Source of the DNA: Trichinella spiralis
Taxonomy: Eukaryota
DNA length: 64,000 nt
Reading direction: 5' to 3'
Assembly (NCBI RefSeq): GCF_000181795.1
Contig: NW_003526943.1
Coordinates: 3,300,609 to 3,364,608 of the forward strand
This document shows positions 37,004 to 56,653 of the stretch, piece after piece. Position 1 is the stretch's first letter; the number at the start of each line of letters is the position of its first letter. A program made the position numbers and the translations under genes. The notes under the pieces were generated by a model that ran no database searches, had not been told where the DNA came from, and saw only the letters and a list, made by a program, of their open reading frames with translations.

Positions 37004-40000
37004 TTAAATTTGCAAAAAGTAGTTTAATGAAAAATAAAAATATGATAAAAGTGCGCGGCTTGGAGAAAATGAAAAATGATCTTCATTTTGGCGTAATAAT
37101 CAGAAAAGTGCATGAGTGATAAGTTTGTCAGGGATGTTCAATCATCATGATTTGCACAAATGACGCAAGATTGATCGCTTCCATGGGCAGTGAAGTTTTC
37201 TCCATTGTTCAAATCGGATGATCAAAGCCATTTTGCGGTTTATTAATTGTTATAAATGAAAAATATGCAAGCAGGAAGTTGAACAACTTTATTTTCAACA
37301 AATTCTTTATAGAAGCCGCAAAAACAACAGCTGCTCGCTCAAGCAGTAGAATTTATTCACACAACTTTGACAGCAATATTCACTTGAAAATTGGAAAGGA
37401 AATTTTCATATAAATTCAAAATTTTGTAATATTCAATTTATGTTCTTTTTATTAAATCAAATTTTAAAAAAATTAACCAATTTTAAATTTTAATAATAAA
37501 CATTCAAACTTACATTACGTATAAAAGTATTGTCAGGTTTAATTTTAGAATATTTTTCCATGCAATCTTAGGGTGACTTGAAGGGAAAAAAATTTTTTTT
37601 TTAAAGTAAGATTTTAATATCAAATATTTGTTTAAAACGAATTAAACCGTTCTTATGTACTATGTAAGATTTTCACTGAAAAACATGAATGCGTTGATTG
37701 ATTTGTCCAAATTATGATTCTGTTATTTAAATTTCTATGAAGAAATTGATTAAATATTACAATTGTTCAGTTGTTGTGCATGGAAATTTAAATAAATGAC
37801 GTGCACGAGATGAACACAGACGAAGCTTCGTTCTATGAGGGGATGTTCGGTGAAAATGGACAAAATCGTCCATTTGTCGGCTTTTGATTTTTGCAATTAA
37901 ATTATTCAAATCAGAGCATATTTGCATACAAGTAAGTGTTCGTCATTGTTGTTGAAAATGAGTGAGGTAATTTTTGATCAAGGAAAAAAAATTATTGCTT
38001 GCCGTCGTTCGAAAGTGGAGCTGCTTTATCTAAAAAATCAGCATTACATATTTTTGACAAAGCAATAAATCATGATCGACTTTGGCCGTAGAGTTCATCA
38101 CATTCTCACATTTAGGAAAAGTTCAACGAAAATTTTTAAACTTGAAAAAATACTTTTCTCGCACATCATTGGAATTTATTTCCTTGTATTATTATTATTT
38201 AAAAATTTGAATATTTCATTATACACATTGTTTTTCGTTCGAAGCACTTCAAAGTTGAAAAGTGAAAAATTAAAAATTTAACCATTGAAACTTTATGAAT
38301 AAAAATTTTTTCTTTTTGTTTTTTTCTAATTTTATTCGCATAATTTAACTCTATTAATTTTCTTTTGTTTCCAAAATTTCATCTCACATAAACATTGAAT
38401 TATTCTCATGTTGATTTGCCTAAAACTAAAAACAACTGTTGAAAATGCATGCAAATTATGACTACTAAAATAGTACAAAAAATATTAAATAACCAATAAA
38501 TGTTTTGACAGTGAATATAAAAATGATTTATATTCAAAAATGAATTATTTCTTCTTTTAGCGTTTCGAAAGTAAAGAACTTTAAAATTTTTCAAAATTGA
38601 TTTTAAAAAGCATAAAACATTTACACAAAATTTAATGAACAAGAAAAGAAATTAGTAAAATTTGATAACTTCTTTCATAATTCATTTCAATTCAGTTCAG
38701 TTACAAAAAGTAACTAGTATAATTTTTTTTGAAAATAAAAAAAACATTATTTTGATCATTTTTACAATTATATTCTTTTTTTTATTGCTTCATTGATTCA
38801 ATGTTGAGACTAGAATAAAAAGAAAGAAATTTCCATAAAATGAAGTTCCATAAAAAAATTTTAATATAAACAAACATTTTATTTGCATACGATTTTGAAA
38901 AAAATGAACAACAAACAAACCGACAGCCAACGACAAATCACATAAATTTCAATAATTAATTCATCGTTCGTATGCAAATTTTGTTTTTTAATCAACTTGA
39001 TCAATGAATTTTAAAAGAAAAAAAGAAAATCAGTGACGGGATTAAAATAAATTAACCGCAAAAACAAGAATTCATTCAGAAAAACTATTTCATTGACGTA
39101 ATCGCTTTTTTCTTCTCAACAAAAAAATGCGTAAATAAATAAAAAAAATAAATTAACATAATCAGACATTGTTGAAACACGTTTTCACAGTTGTTTTTCT
39201 GCATTTCGAAAAAAAGTGTCGGCATTGTTGAAAAAATATTATGCAAGACGAAAGAAAATCAAGTTGACCCATTTTCTTCGCAAACAAACAAATAACCAGA
39301 TTTTCCTTTCGGATTTGAAACAAAAAAAACCGTACCTAGTTTGGACTATTGAAATTAAATAATGTGCATATATTTGTTTTTTTTGGCAACAATGAAACAT
39401 TCAATTTCCGGGTTTGCAAATTGCAGAGGTGAGTTTTGATTTGCAACATCCCGTCAATTTTCTCCTCTAATAAATAATAATAGGAGAAATTGCTTTTTTT
39501 TTCATTTTCGAGTTTTGAAAAAAAACGAGCAAATATTTTTTGGATTGCAATTGCGTGCGCAACAAGTTAAGTAAGTATTCTTGTTATTAATATTAATATT
39601 TTTTCTGCTGCCGCTGTGACGATCGACAATCGATCGAAGAAAGACTTGGTTGGTTTTGTCGGTTGAACAAATTATTATTATTATTATTATTATTTTAAAA
39701 GAGGAAAAAAATATATTTTTTTTCACCAACACTTCAATGATAATAATAATAAACTAGTTGGGTGGGGTCGAGGCAAGGGGAATGAAATTTAAAGTCAAAA
39801 TAATGACCAGAGAAAATTTTACTATTCCCGATGACCAACAGCAAGCAAGCAAATAATAATAACAACAACAACAGCCAGATTAAAATAATGCAGAAGAACT
39901 TGCTTGTCCGGGGAGAAGTTTGTTTGATCAAAGCAATCCGCCGCCTCGTTTTGACACTTTTCAAAATGGGACGCCAGACGGGCCGAGCGAGATTTGCCAG

Positions 40001-40714
40001 ACGGCAAGCCTTTTGTTAACGTTTCTGACGTGCGAGCGAAAATCGAAAACGCCCAGCATACTGTAATTTTGTACATCGACCGACGAAAAGAATTTTATCA
40101 ATTGGAAAAGAAAAATTAAATTTTTAAAATAAATATATTTAAAGAATTAAAATTATCAAATCTTAAAAAACAACGGATGACAATGATAGGTTGTGTAATT
40201 TGAAACATTGTCAACAACAATAACAACAACAGTGTTGGGCAATTTGTAACAGTTGGCGAATAAGAAATTATCCACACTCGTCAACCTCATATTCCGTTTA
40301 TATATTTTCAGACATGTTTCCACTGACTGGCAGGCGCCAAAACGCTGATCGATATAAACACACACACGTCAATGAACACAAAAATTGTTCGCCTTGCTCT
40401 CATCTATCTATCTATCTATCTATCTATCTATATTTATCATTCTCTCTTTTACTTTCAACATCGGCAAGCTTTTTCATCTTTTCTTTTCAATAAATTTCAC
40501 CATCAAAAAAGACAACACAACATATATTATATATATATATATATGCAACAATTGATTTGCTGTTTTTTTTTCAATTGAAACTAACTTGAAAAAACACAAT
40601 CCGCGGCAACTTGTGAAAAGATAAAAAATATACTCTGCCATCTAACAACCAATCTATATTATATATATATATATAAAGCGACAAAAGTTCAATTTTGTTG
40701 AACCTTAAAAAAAA

Positions 40715-43700
40715 TTACAATTTAGCAAAATGCAAATTTCCATCTTTGGAAGCTGTTGTCGATTGGTGTTGTTGTCGTGGTTGATGATGATGATGATGCA
40801 ACGAATGTTGGGTGTGGAGCAACGGGGATGAGAAGAAAAGTTCCGAAACCGACGGAACAACCACCGAAGAAGAAGAAGAATGAGCGGCAATGGAAGCCGA
40901 CGAAGCAGAAGCAGAAGAAGCATGATGATGACCTGACGACGACAAAGCAGACGGCATCAAGGTGAATCCCTTCTCTTTCAGATGCTTCTTCTGCTTCATG
41001 CGACGATTTTGGAACCAAATCTTCACCTGGGTCTCGTTCAAGCCGAGCTGGGATGCGATTTCAATACGACGGGCACGGGTCAAATAACGATTCGTGTGAA
41101 ACTCTTTCTCCAATTCTGTCAACTGCTTCGTGGTGAAGTTGGTGCGGTTGGGCACGGATGTACATCCACTGTTCAACAAGTTGCTGTTGTGCCCTTCTAA
41201 CATAATCCCTTGCTCGTTAGCCGACGAAGCGGACGAAGAGCATCGTCTCTTCGACGGACCGGCCGCATTAGTACCACCAACACCAACACCACCACCGCCG
41301 CACTTTGTCGAAATTGAATTTTCCGGAGAGCCATTCACATTCACTGAAAAATACAAAAAATAACTAAATTATATGCAAATCAAATTCATAATAACAATAT
41401 TTTGCATGCAAACAACTCGGGTATAAAATTGTTGAAACAAGCTATTTCTCCATACACAACTAGCACAAGTAACAAATGATGAAAAATAATGTTGTCAATT
41501 ATATTTTTATTATGAAAAATTTTCTAAATTTAAAAAACCAACTGCTATCGATATATAAATGCTTTTCGCAATAACGTCATATCGTATACAAAAATTAATT
41601 AATATATCCACCAACATTGAATATTTAATTAAAGAAAAACAATGTTTTTTTTAAATTAACTTAAAAAATATAAATAAATGGATGAATATTTTAATCCTTT
41701 TCAAAGAAACATTTATTATTATTATTTATACTTATAGTATTTATTCTTTTGAGAGCACAGTTGCTTCAGAGCTTGTGATTTCAAGAGTAAAAAAAGATCC
41801 TTATCAGCAGCACATGCATTTGGATAATTTTTCATTTTGATCATCTGCGCGTAAAAGCAGCAGCAATTTCACTGATGTTGTTTGTTCAAATTAATAAATA
41901 GATGATGATTGTTTCGCCGAAAAGAAAAAGAAAATTTTCATTCCATGTTCACGTTTATAATAAAATGTTTGAAGAAAATTATGCAACTGCTTCTTCACAA
42001 CACTACAATGACATTGTAATATAGGGAGGGCATGTTGTGCATAAAAAAATCAAATATCAAGGAATTATCACAAAATCAATATTAATACGCCAAAAAAGTG
42101 AATGATAAAAATCTAAAGCTCCTGTTGATTAAAGTTGACTTTATTATAATCTAGCAATTCCAATTGTCAATGTATACAAAAAGTCGATCTTGGCGAGGTT
42201 GTTTTCGATTATAATAAATTACCTGAGAAACTGTGCATTGAGAAAGATCAAATTGAAAAAAACTTCTACCATAGATTATGCTGCAAAGTGAATGTATGTA
42301 TATATTATCCACACAAGAACATTGCAAAATTGAATCATTGTTGCATATTAAAATTGTTACATTTCTAACTTTGAATTAAACATACAAAAATATTAATTAA
42401 AAAAAGAAAGATCAATCGAAAAAATGTAAAATGCAAAACTAAAATTTGCTGTTAAAAACCAGGTGAATTTCTTATAACTCTGTCATGTTAAAATTCCATT
42501 ATCAAAAGAAAAAAAACGCTTTGGCATAAAAAATAAAAATACTTTTTAATATTAAATTGCTTTCTGCATTTAATCACATCACTAAAGACGAGCACTTACT
42601 TTCCATTTGGACATTAATAACACTTGATGAGACACAAGTATATTTTCACGAGTTGATGATTATTTTAGATACATTTATATTCATGCAGATATATTTTTTT
42701 CAGCGTTTGTACTATTCGAATAAATGCAGAAAGAGACAAATTATAAAGAAGTAATAAAATTCATTAACAAAACTGACACAGCTACATTTTGATATTGTTG
42801 AAAACTGTGCAGCTGCAAGTCAATGTAGCACAATTAATTAATTAGCTTACAGATCGATTGTTGATGAAGAAAATATTATTTTTGAAATTGTTTTATCCGA
42901 AGATAAAATTTAAAAAAGACAAAATTAAGCAAGTCACCATGTTGCGATGATGAACGTTGCTTTTATCGATCCGTCATTTGAGCGAATCAAGATCGCTTTC
43001 CAATTTTTTTTCATAATTATTGATAGAATATACACATATATGCAGTGCAAAGAGAAAAGAAGCCGAAAAAAATTTCCACTAAACAATCATCTCTACAGTG
43101 CCAACTAGCATGAATAAACAAGAAGAAGAAGAAGAAGAAGTAAAGCGTTTACCTTTAATGTCACAACCTTCTCTTTATCGATTCCTCCTAGGGTTCAGTT
43201 AAATTACCAACTAATTAATCGCCACTTTGATATCAATAATTCATATATGCTTGACTTTCAAAGGCATTCGTCTAATAATGGGTTGCTTATCTTAAATGCA
43301 TGTGAATATGATTTTCTGAAAAGCTTTCCACAACTTCTTGAATATAAACTATGCAACTTCACGTGACAAAATTCAATTCTTTTCAAATGCTACAAACTAA
43401 AGTGCAAATGGAAACATTTTTTTTTGAAAATGCAAACCATATTACAGTATGCCTAACAAAGGCGTTTTGCATTCTCAGTGGAATAAGTAAAAAAAAAAGA
43501 AATTTTTCCTATTCAACAACAACAACAACTATTCACCCCGTTTTCCGTTGTAAAATTTCACACAAAAGAAAAGAAAAAGCAAACGTAAAATTACATTTGA
43601 GAAGAATTATGCAATAGTTTTTTTTCTTAAAAAAAGAATTAGTATGCATTGTTGATTTTGAGTTGCTTGAAATAAAGTTTAAAAAAATGATCAGCAGCAT

Positions 43701-45190
43701 CATAATTGACCAGCAGATATCAATATGCTTAAAAGTGAACAGTGTTGATATCTTTTCAAAGTATTCAACATGAGCAATAAATAATAATTTGCAATTTGTA
43801 AACAGGTTAGTTAAGTGATGAAGTCAATTTTGAACGGTGAAGCTCATCAATGGCGGAGGTCATTGACAGAGGAGCAAAAAGAGCGAAGCAATTGGAGACA
43901 TAAACATAGAAACAAGGGAGAAAAAATGAAAATTATTCGAATATGAATATGAATAAGAAGAAAAAGAAAAAAGAGCCTCTTTCCGCCGGTGCTTGGTGAT
44001 GATCTACATCTACAAACCGGCGGTTTCGATTGAACAGGAAAAGCGCGCGTCGTTGGAGCCGGAACGTGACGACCCAAATCTGTCACAGCAATTTTCTAGT
44101 CCCAATGCCTGGACCAAAAGCTGGTCGTCACAAAAATGAACAACAATCACTGTAGAAAACAAGAGGAGCAAAATGGGGGGACATTGGGGGAGAGAGAGAG
44201 AGAGAAATTTTAATTTAGGAAAAAAAATTGAACAACAACAATCCGATAATATGTTTCTTGCAACGGTTGTATTTGAATGAACAAAATAAAAAATAAACAA
44301 AAAATATATATACATGCATGCATACACATATTCATCTTACCAATACGAGGTGCACTGCGACGAATTTGCATCCATTTGTACGTTGTCGACGACGGTCCGG
44401 GGTTGGAAGAAGAGTTAGCCACGGTCAAATCGGGGCCGGTGTATTGTAATGACGCAATTGAGCTGGACGAACCGAACGGTGCTGGTCGTGGGTGATTGTT
44501 GTAGTCGACGGTGGTTCCGTTGACCACGCCGCCGCCGCTACTGCTGCTGTTGGAGGTGTTGGTGGTGGTGGTGGTGGTGGCATCGGTGACGGTATACGGT
44601 AAAGCCGAACAAATGGTCGATGGAGTTTCGTATGGACAAAAACGCAGTGGGCTTGTTATTGTTGTTGTTGTTGTTGTTGTTGTACAGATAACGTTGGCGG
44701 GCTGGTTGAATTTCAAATGGCCACAGTCCAACGATGACGTGGGTAACATAATTCTGTGCTGTTGTTGTTGTTGTTGTTGACAACTTGAAGATGTGGATGT
44801 GGACGATGGTGTGGAAGTTGAAGACGATGGCGACGACGATGACGGTCGGTTTGTGGAGGAAAATTGGCAACGGTTGAATTGATGATAGAACGCAGTGTTG
44901 GAATTTTCCTCTGCTGCCGTCGATGCACAGCCACCAGTAGAAGGGGACGGGTTCGGTTTGGCATCGTCGAAAGCGGATACATACGAAGGTAGTGTTGATG
45001 GTGGGGATGTCGGTAATGATTGCTGTTGCTGTGGATGCTCGACAACCGTGGACTGTGGCGCCTCCTCGATGGCCGCATTGCCATTCAAACTGTTCCGATT
45101 ATATAACAAATAATTGCCATTTCCGGAAGCGTAGCCACCGCCACCGCCTCCACGTTCGTGGACTTTTTTGAAAATCATCTCGCAGCTCAT
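40715..45190 (-). CDS. lab: labial/Hox1 (ceh-13) homeodomain protein, 2 exons, ~492 aa
   Basis: Exon 45190-44341 ends [13 protein letters not shown] (labial hexapeptide). A phase-1 intron leads to exon 41343-40715 with [55 protein letters not shown]. Confidence 0.95.
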
Positions 45191-45329
45191 CGGTAAAGTT
45201 TTCTTGTTAATTTAAATAAAAAAATAATTAATCAAACAGAAAATCGAATAAATATGCAAATTACAATATATAAAAATATGAATGAATAGAAATTTAAGGG
45301 GAAAAAAAATTTTTTTCGACGACCAAAAT

Positions 45330-45860
45330 TCGACCACGACAACGACGACGACGACGACAACAACAACAGGAACACAACAATACGCGCGAGAAAAGCGGCC
45401 GACCGAGGCGTGACGACGGCGCACAGTGGGCCGTCCGGCGGCCGAACTGCGGCGGCGGCTGTCGTTGCACGGCGCAATCATAAATCAGAAAAAAAAAATC
45501 CACGCTGACAGTTCAAAGAGACCCGGCGTCCGCTTTTCGACCAATCAGAAACGTCGGCCCGATTGCACGTTCAGCCTGCGGCTTTGGTCTCAGTCTCTGT
45601 TTTTTTTTCTTCACGTTCACATTCACTACCACCAATAGCACTGACCAATCATTGATTAATATATTTGAAATGATCAATTAATTTATTAAAAATTTAATAC
45701 AATTAATATAGAAAAATAAAATCTCACTTTGGCGGCAAGCCTTTCTTGTCCGATGACACCGACCTGAAGAAATATGCCGCCCCGCCACCGCCTACGCTAC
45801 CCAGCTGCGTCGACGCGCCATGTCGTCGTCGTGACCTCGCCTGCTCCGGACGTCAACCCT
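45330..45860 (-). promoter_or_regulatory. CpG-rich promoter/5' region of labial
   Basis: CpG-dense. CCAAT at ~45541, 45632 and 45645. PBC-Hox-type TGATTTATGA on the minus strand at 45478-45487. Confidence 0.5.
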
Positions 45861-48800
45861 CATAGAATGAACAAAAAAAAACAATCGTCCAAATACAGTA
45901 TATCAACATTACAGAAATCGGAACTTTAAAATTCATATTTATCTTCATCCATGTATATATGTATTTATTTTTATTCGATAAATTTTTTTATCAAATGCTT
46001 GTGATGATGATAAATTTATAAACTAGTGCAACAAATTGTATATATATATGTATATGTATAATAATAAAGAGTGCTGACATTTATCTTTGTACGCTGTGTC
46101 AGGGCACAGTGTGCATTCAGAATTTGACCTAAAGTTCCTCTGTGAATAAAAATTGTAATTTCATATAAAATGATCACATTTCAAACATTTCTCCACAATA
46201 TAATTTATTGATTATTGTTTTTTTTTGTTGTTGTTGTTGTATTTTTACTTGTTCATTATTATTAACAAGTGATCAATAATAAATAGATTGATTTGCCATA
46301 AATCAGTTAAGATTCGATGGTATCTGAAATGAACTACAGTATAACTTGGTGAAAAATTGATAATCAAATGACAAGTCGGCAAATTGGCCAAAGAAGTCCC
46401 ATTTTATTGCAAAAAGGAAATCAGCAGAATGTCAAACATTTTCTGACTGGTCGACAATGGATTCTGTTCACTTGATTTAGTTTTAAAATTAGAAATTTCA
46501 ATAAATTTCCTTATAACAATTATAATTGAAGATCGAAACTTCTTTTTTTTCTTCAAATCTTCTTCATTCACACCACTACAGTATTTTCTTCAATTTTCCA
46601 TTTGTTTTTAAATGATTATTAAAATTTTTTTTTATTATTTTAACAAAAATAAAAATTATAATTTTTGTTATACTCAAAAGAATTTTTAATTAATCGTTTC
46701 CAAGATGTGATTTTCAAACGGCAACAGTTGCTTCGTGTGTTGTTGTTGTTGTTGCAAAAAAAACAATAAAAGTAAAAGAAAGATGAAAAGCATGCTGCTG
46801 TTGTGAAAGCATCTGCGATGGGGTAATTTTGAGAAAGAGAAAGAGAAAGAAAAATGCGCATTTCTCTGTCTCGGCTTTCAAAGAAACCGATTTTTCACCG
46901 CTTCAACATCTGCTTTCGACTTTTTATTGATGATACCACAAAGCTCATCATTCAAAATCGTAGTTGAAATTAAAATTTAACTAAAATATTCAACTTTTCC
47001 AAAACGTTCACTTTCCACATTATTCAAAAAATTGTTCCAACATTTACGCTCCAACATGCTTACTGTATATATGAAATTTGCATGCGAATAATAAATTTTG
47101 TTTTATTATTGAAAATTTAATTCTTTTTTTTTTTCTGTTATTATTATTTAAACAACATCTCTTCTGGTATATTTTTTATTTTAATCAATATAAAATAAAT
47201 AAATAAATCACATTTGACAATTTTTTTTAATCGTCACTCACTTCACACCTGTATTCGGTGGTTTTTTTAATTGTTTGGTTTTTTTTAAATTTACCCTTTC
47301 AATTTTATAAAATTAAACATTATTATTTCGAAATTCGGTATGATTTATTAAATCAGAAGTTATTTTTTTTAATAAAATAAAAATATCATAATTTATTTTG
47401 CGTTATTATTTGCAGTAGATGCACTGTAAAATATTGAACAGACGAACAAATTGAACGGATATTGAATTGGCCGAAATTTGAATTTTTTTCAACAACATCT
47501 GTAAGAAATATACAATTAATGTTGAATGATGATTTTTGTTCACAAACATAGTTTTGAAAAAGTACGAATAAAATAATTTATGCATTTTATAATTTTTTTG
47601 CAAACCTCACAGATACATGTTATCTCTGTCATGTCATTCTTTCCAGTAATAACTATTCAAACATTTTTGAAAATTTAATAAATTCAAACTGTACAATAAA
47701 GAATGGAAAACAAATTTGCTACATTTTACAGTAGATTTATTTTGAAACAAAATTGAATAATAACTTTATATAAAAAATATATTATTACACAAAGAATGAT
47801 TATTTTTGAAAGTTGGGTAAAATAGTTGTTTTGTTAAAAAGTGCCATTAAATGAAAATATTTTCATAAAAAATAAATTATTCATACTGCTGCATATTTAA
47901 TTTCTTTTATAAAAAATAACTTTCACCGATTGCCGATTAATTTCTTGCTTTACTCTTTCGTATTATTTGCCTTGTCCTGAATAGGAAAACCTTGTTATTT
48001 TGTTTTTGTTTGTTTGTCTGGCAATTTGCAAACGATGTTTGTTTTTTCAACAGAAATTAATCAATTTTGTAAATAAAAAATTTTAATCGGTTCTGTTTGA
48101 GCGACGGGCTACGCAAGAATCAAATAACAACTATTTGATTTTCTGTTCATCGATTTGTTTGTATATTATTATTATAATTACTTTATTAAAATTATTTCAA
48201 AATTATGACAATAAATTATGTTTCATATTTGAATTTCTTAAAAATTCAATTCAATCGTGAAAATGAAATTTCCTCCAATTAGCCGGCTGGTAGATGGAAT
48301 TGGTATTGCCAATGCCAGCCAATCAGGCGTTCTATTATTATTATTATTATTAATTCTTTTTTACAAAAAGAATCAGTGTAAACGAGTTTTCATCTTTCGA
48401 AAAATCTTGGAAAGCATTAGCTGACAATCGTAAATAACCAAATTCAATATTTCATACATTTGAATAATCAATTTTTGTTGCTAATAATCAAAATGTAACT
48501 AATGAAACTTTCATTTGATTTGTTTCATTGTTCTTTGTAACAAGATTTGATAAAACGATTTCTTTTATCAAGAGGAAAATTTAACAGCACATTTCAATCA
48601 AATTCAAATTATTGCAACAACGAAAAAAAACATTTTGCTTTCATAACCAAACTTGAAACAAATTTCATTCAAATGTCCACCTTAAACAAAGCATTCGCGC
48701 TCATTTTATAGTTATTAAAAAAATAATTGCTATTTATTGATTGATGCATGATCAAAATGAAATGTTTTTGTTTTTAAATTGCAGCTAATCAACAAATTTC

Positions 48801-49364
48801 CGTTATTATGTTTTAAATAAATCCAATCCCACCCGTGTACAAGAAAAACGAACAAAAAAATTCAATATTTTTTCTAAATATCATCAAATAACACACAGTT
48901 TATGAAAACAACAAAAAACCAATAACCGGAAATGTAACAACAAACAAATCCAGCATATTTGTATACTATTATACATTTGCATATATGATGTTAATATTTT
49001 CATCAAGAGAGAGGCGTATACGGTAGAAAATGCACCGAGTAAAAAATAAAAAAAATTAAGATTGAAAACAATATGTCACACGGGTTAAAAGAAAAGAGAC
49101 TAGAAAAAAAGAAAACTGTTCTAAGTGAACTATAACAATAATGATAAATGAATAAATAAAAATATTAATAAAATTGAAATAAAAAGTGAACCAGACAATA
49201 ATGAATATACAACATTTAGTAGGTAGGATAAATAATTTTGAGGTATTTATATAAACAAAATAAATATATATATATATTATGGCATGGACAACAAAAGAAG
49301 AAAAAATGAAATAAATAAAGAGGTCGATAGATGTGAAAGGATTAAAGTAGATTTTCGAAGATTG

Positions 49365-54886
<5,522 letters not shown>

Positions 54887-55129
54887 ACGTTGTTGTTTTG
54901 CTAAGAATAAAAGAAAATAAATATATATATATATTAAATATTCCACTGGATACGACAGTATTTGTTGTTCTCGGTAGTTGGGGGTGGGTCGCGTTTTTGC
55001 GTGAAATCAATCACCTAAAAAAGCACGCAGAAAAAAGTAGTTGAAAAAACTTTACACTCTCACGAAGATCATATTTCTTGTTTAATTATAGCCTAGTATA
55101 AAAACAAAACGCCCAACAATCGACTAAAA

Positions 55130-56060
55130 GCCAGCCAACCAACCAACCAGGCAAGCAGGCAAGTCATTGAGGCAAGCGAATCAGTAAAGCAGTGGGCTAA
55201 GTTGGGCAGACGCGCGTTGGGCAAAAGGCAGTTGAAAAATTTTTTCCACAAGTCGAGGTATAGGATGAGGGCCGATTGGTGATCATCAATCCCCCTCCCC
55301 TCCCCGTCTAAAGTTTGTTGCAAACGTGCTGGTCCGGTCAAACGTTACAAGCTGTCGACCAATCAGTGAACGACAAATTGATCACGTGACGCAACTGTTC
55401 GCTAATCAGAAAGCGCCGCAGTGGATAGCATCGAAAATTTGCATTTTTAAGTAGAAGAAAAAGAAATTTACATTTTTCTGTTTTGTTTTGTTATTTTAAA
55501 TTTCACAACAGTCGGTTCGGGTGTAAAAATTGTACCTGTTGCCTGATGAAAATCAATTCTATTTCGGTTTGAATTTTTTCTGTTTCTACTCGAAGAATAA
55601 ATATCGCTAATGTGAATATAATGAATTGTAAATTTAAATTTAAAAACAATAAAAGAAAAAAGAAAAATAAACAATGATGATAAGTGGTACGATTATAAAT
55701 TATTAATATTGTTATTAATTATACATGCCAATCGGCTGTCAGTGTCGGTTGGCGCGCGTTTGGCACGGCCGAGTGGATTTTCGCCGCCGCTGTGGCAATA
55801 CATCAAAAGAGCGGCGTCCTTTTTTATCATCGAGGCCACGGCAGCAGCGGCATCAGTGGCGGCTGCGGCGTTTCCCTTTGAGCCAATGACGATGAATGAT
55901 GATCGGCTGACGTGTTGGTGACTGGAAAAAGTTCGAAACGAAAGCAAGCGTTCACCACTACTACTAGTAGTAGTAGTAGTAGTAGGTAAATTGGCCGTTG
56001 TGCATTTCGGTAATGGACACGTCTAGCCGCCCTTCGGGCCGTTATCTATTAATCTTTTCT
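55130..56060. promoter_or_regulatory. Two CpG-rich islands between Hox3 (-) and mir-993 (+), possibly divergent promoters
   Basis: GC/CpG-rich blocks at 55130-55430 and 55720-56060 with CCAAT/ATTGG (~55275, 55359, 55728, 55883) and a CACGTGAC motif (~55383). Confidence 0.45.
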
Positions 56061-56580
56061 GACATCACCAGCGGCAAATAAGTGGAAGAGAAATTAGGCA
56101 GTTGGAGCAGTGGCAAACAGCACACCACTCCACTTGGTGGTGGTGGTGGTGGTGGTGGATGTTGGTGGAAAATATTCCATTTTATTAATTAATAAACATT
56201 CAGCAGAAGAAGCAGAAAAGTTCTCTTTGTGAAATTCACGCTTTTCAAACTTATCTTCAATCTGATTGGTTAGTTTTGAAAATCGTTTTCATATTCAAAT
56301 TTATTTTCTATCAACAAAAGAAGACGGAAGAAAAAACAACAACAACAACTTTCTCTTTCACGCACGCAACTACTTTTTTGTTCATTCATTCAATGTATCA
56401 ATTGTTTTCAACGTTAATTGTGTTTTGTTGGTTGATAAAAAGAAAAAAAAATTTTTTTTTCATCTCAACAACGCTCTCCACATATATCGAACGTTTGCTT
56501 CTTCTTCTTCTTCTTCTTCAGGTTCAACATTGCCGCTGCTTGTTGTTGTTTGTTATGATTTGCAATTTTCTGTTGCTTTT

Positions 56581-56653
56581 GACTTGCCCTGTAGATTCGG
56601 GCTTTTGTAGATGGGCAAATTTCTTTTCAGAAGCTCGTTTCTACAGGCATGTC
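56581..56653 (+). ncRNA. mir-993: miR-993 precursor (miR-10 family)
   Basis: Hairpin with 5p arm TGCCCTGTAGATTCGGGCTTTTG (56585-56607) and 3p arm GAAGCTCGTTTCTACAGGCATGT (56630-56652). These resemble the recalled miR-993 arms UACCCUGUAGAUCCGGGCUUUUG and GAAGCUCGUYUCUACAGGUAUCU. Its position just 5' of Hox3 is the expected synteny. Confidence 0.9.

Noticed and set aside
36000..40600. Short ORFs between cad and lab
   Set aside because: AT-rich, F/L/I/K-biased translations with no coherent splice structure.
56134..56168. (GGT)n tract as a G-quadruplex
   Set aside because: Only GG runs, and similar microsatellites are common throughout the window.
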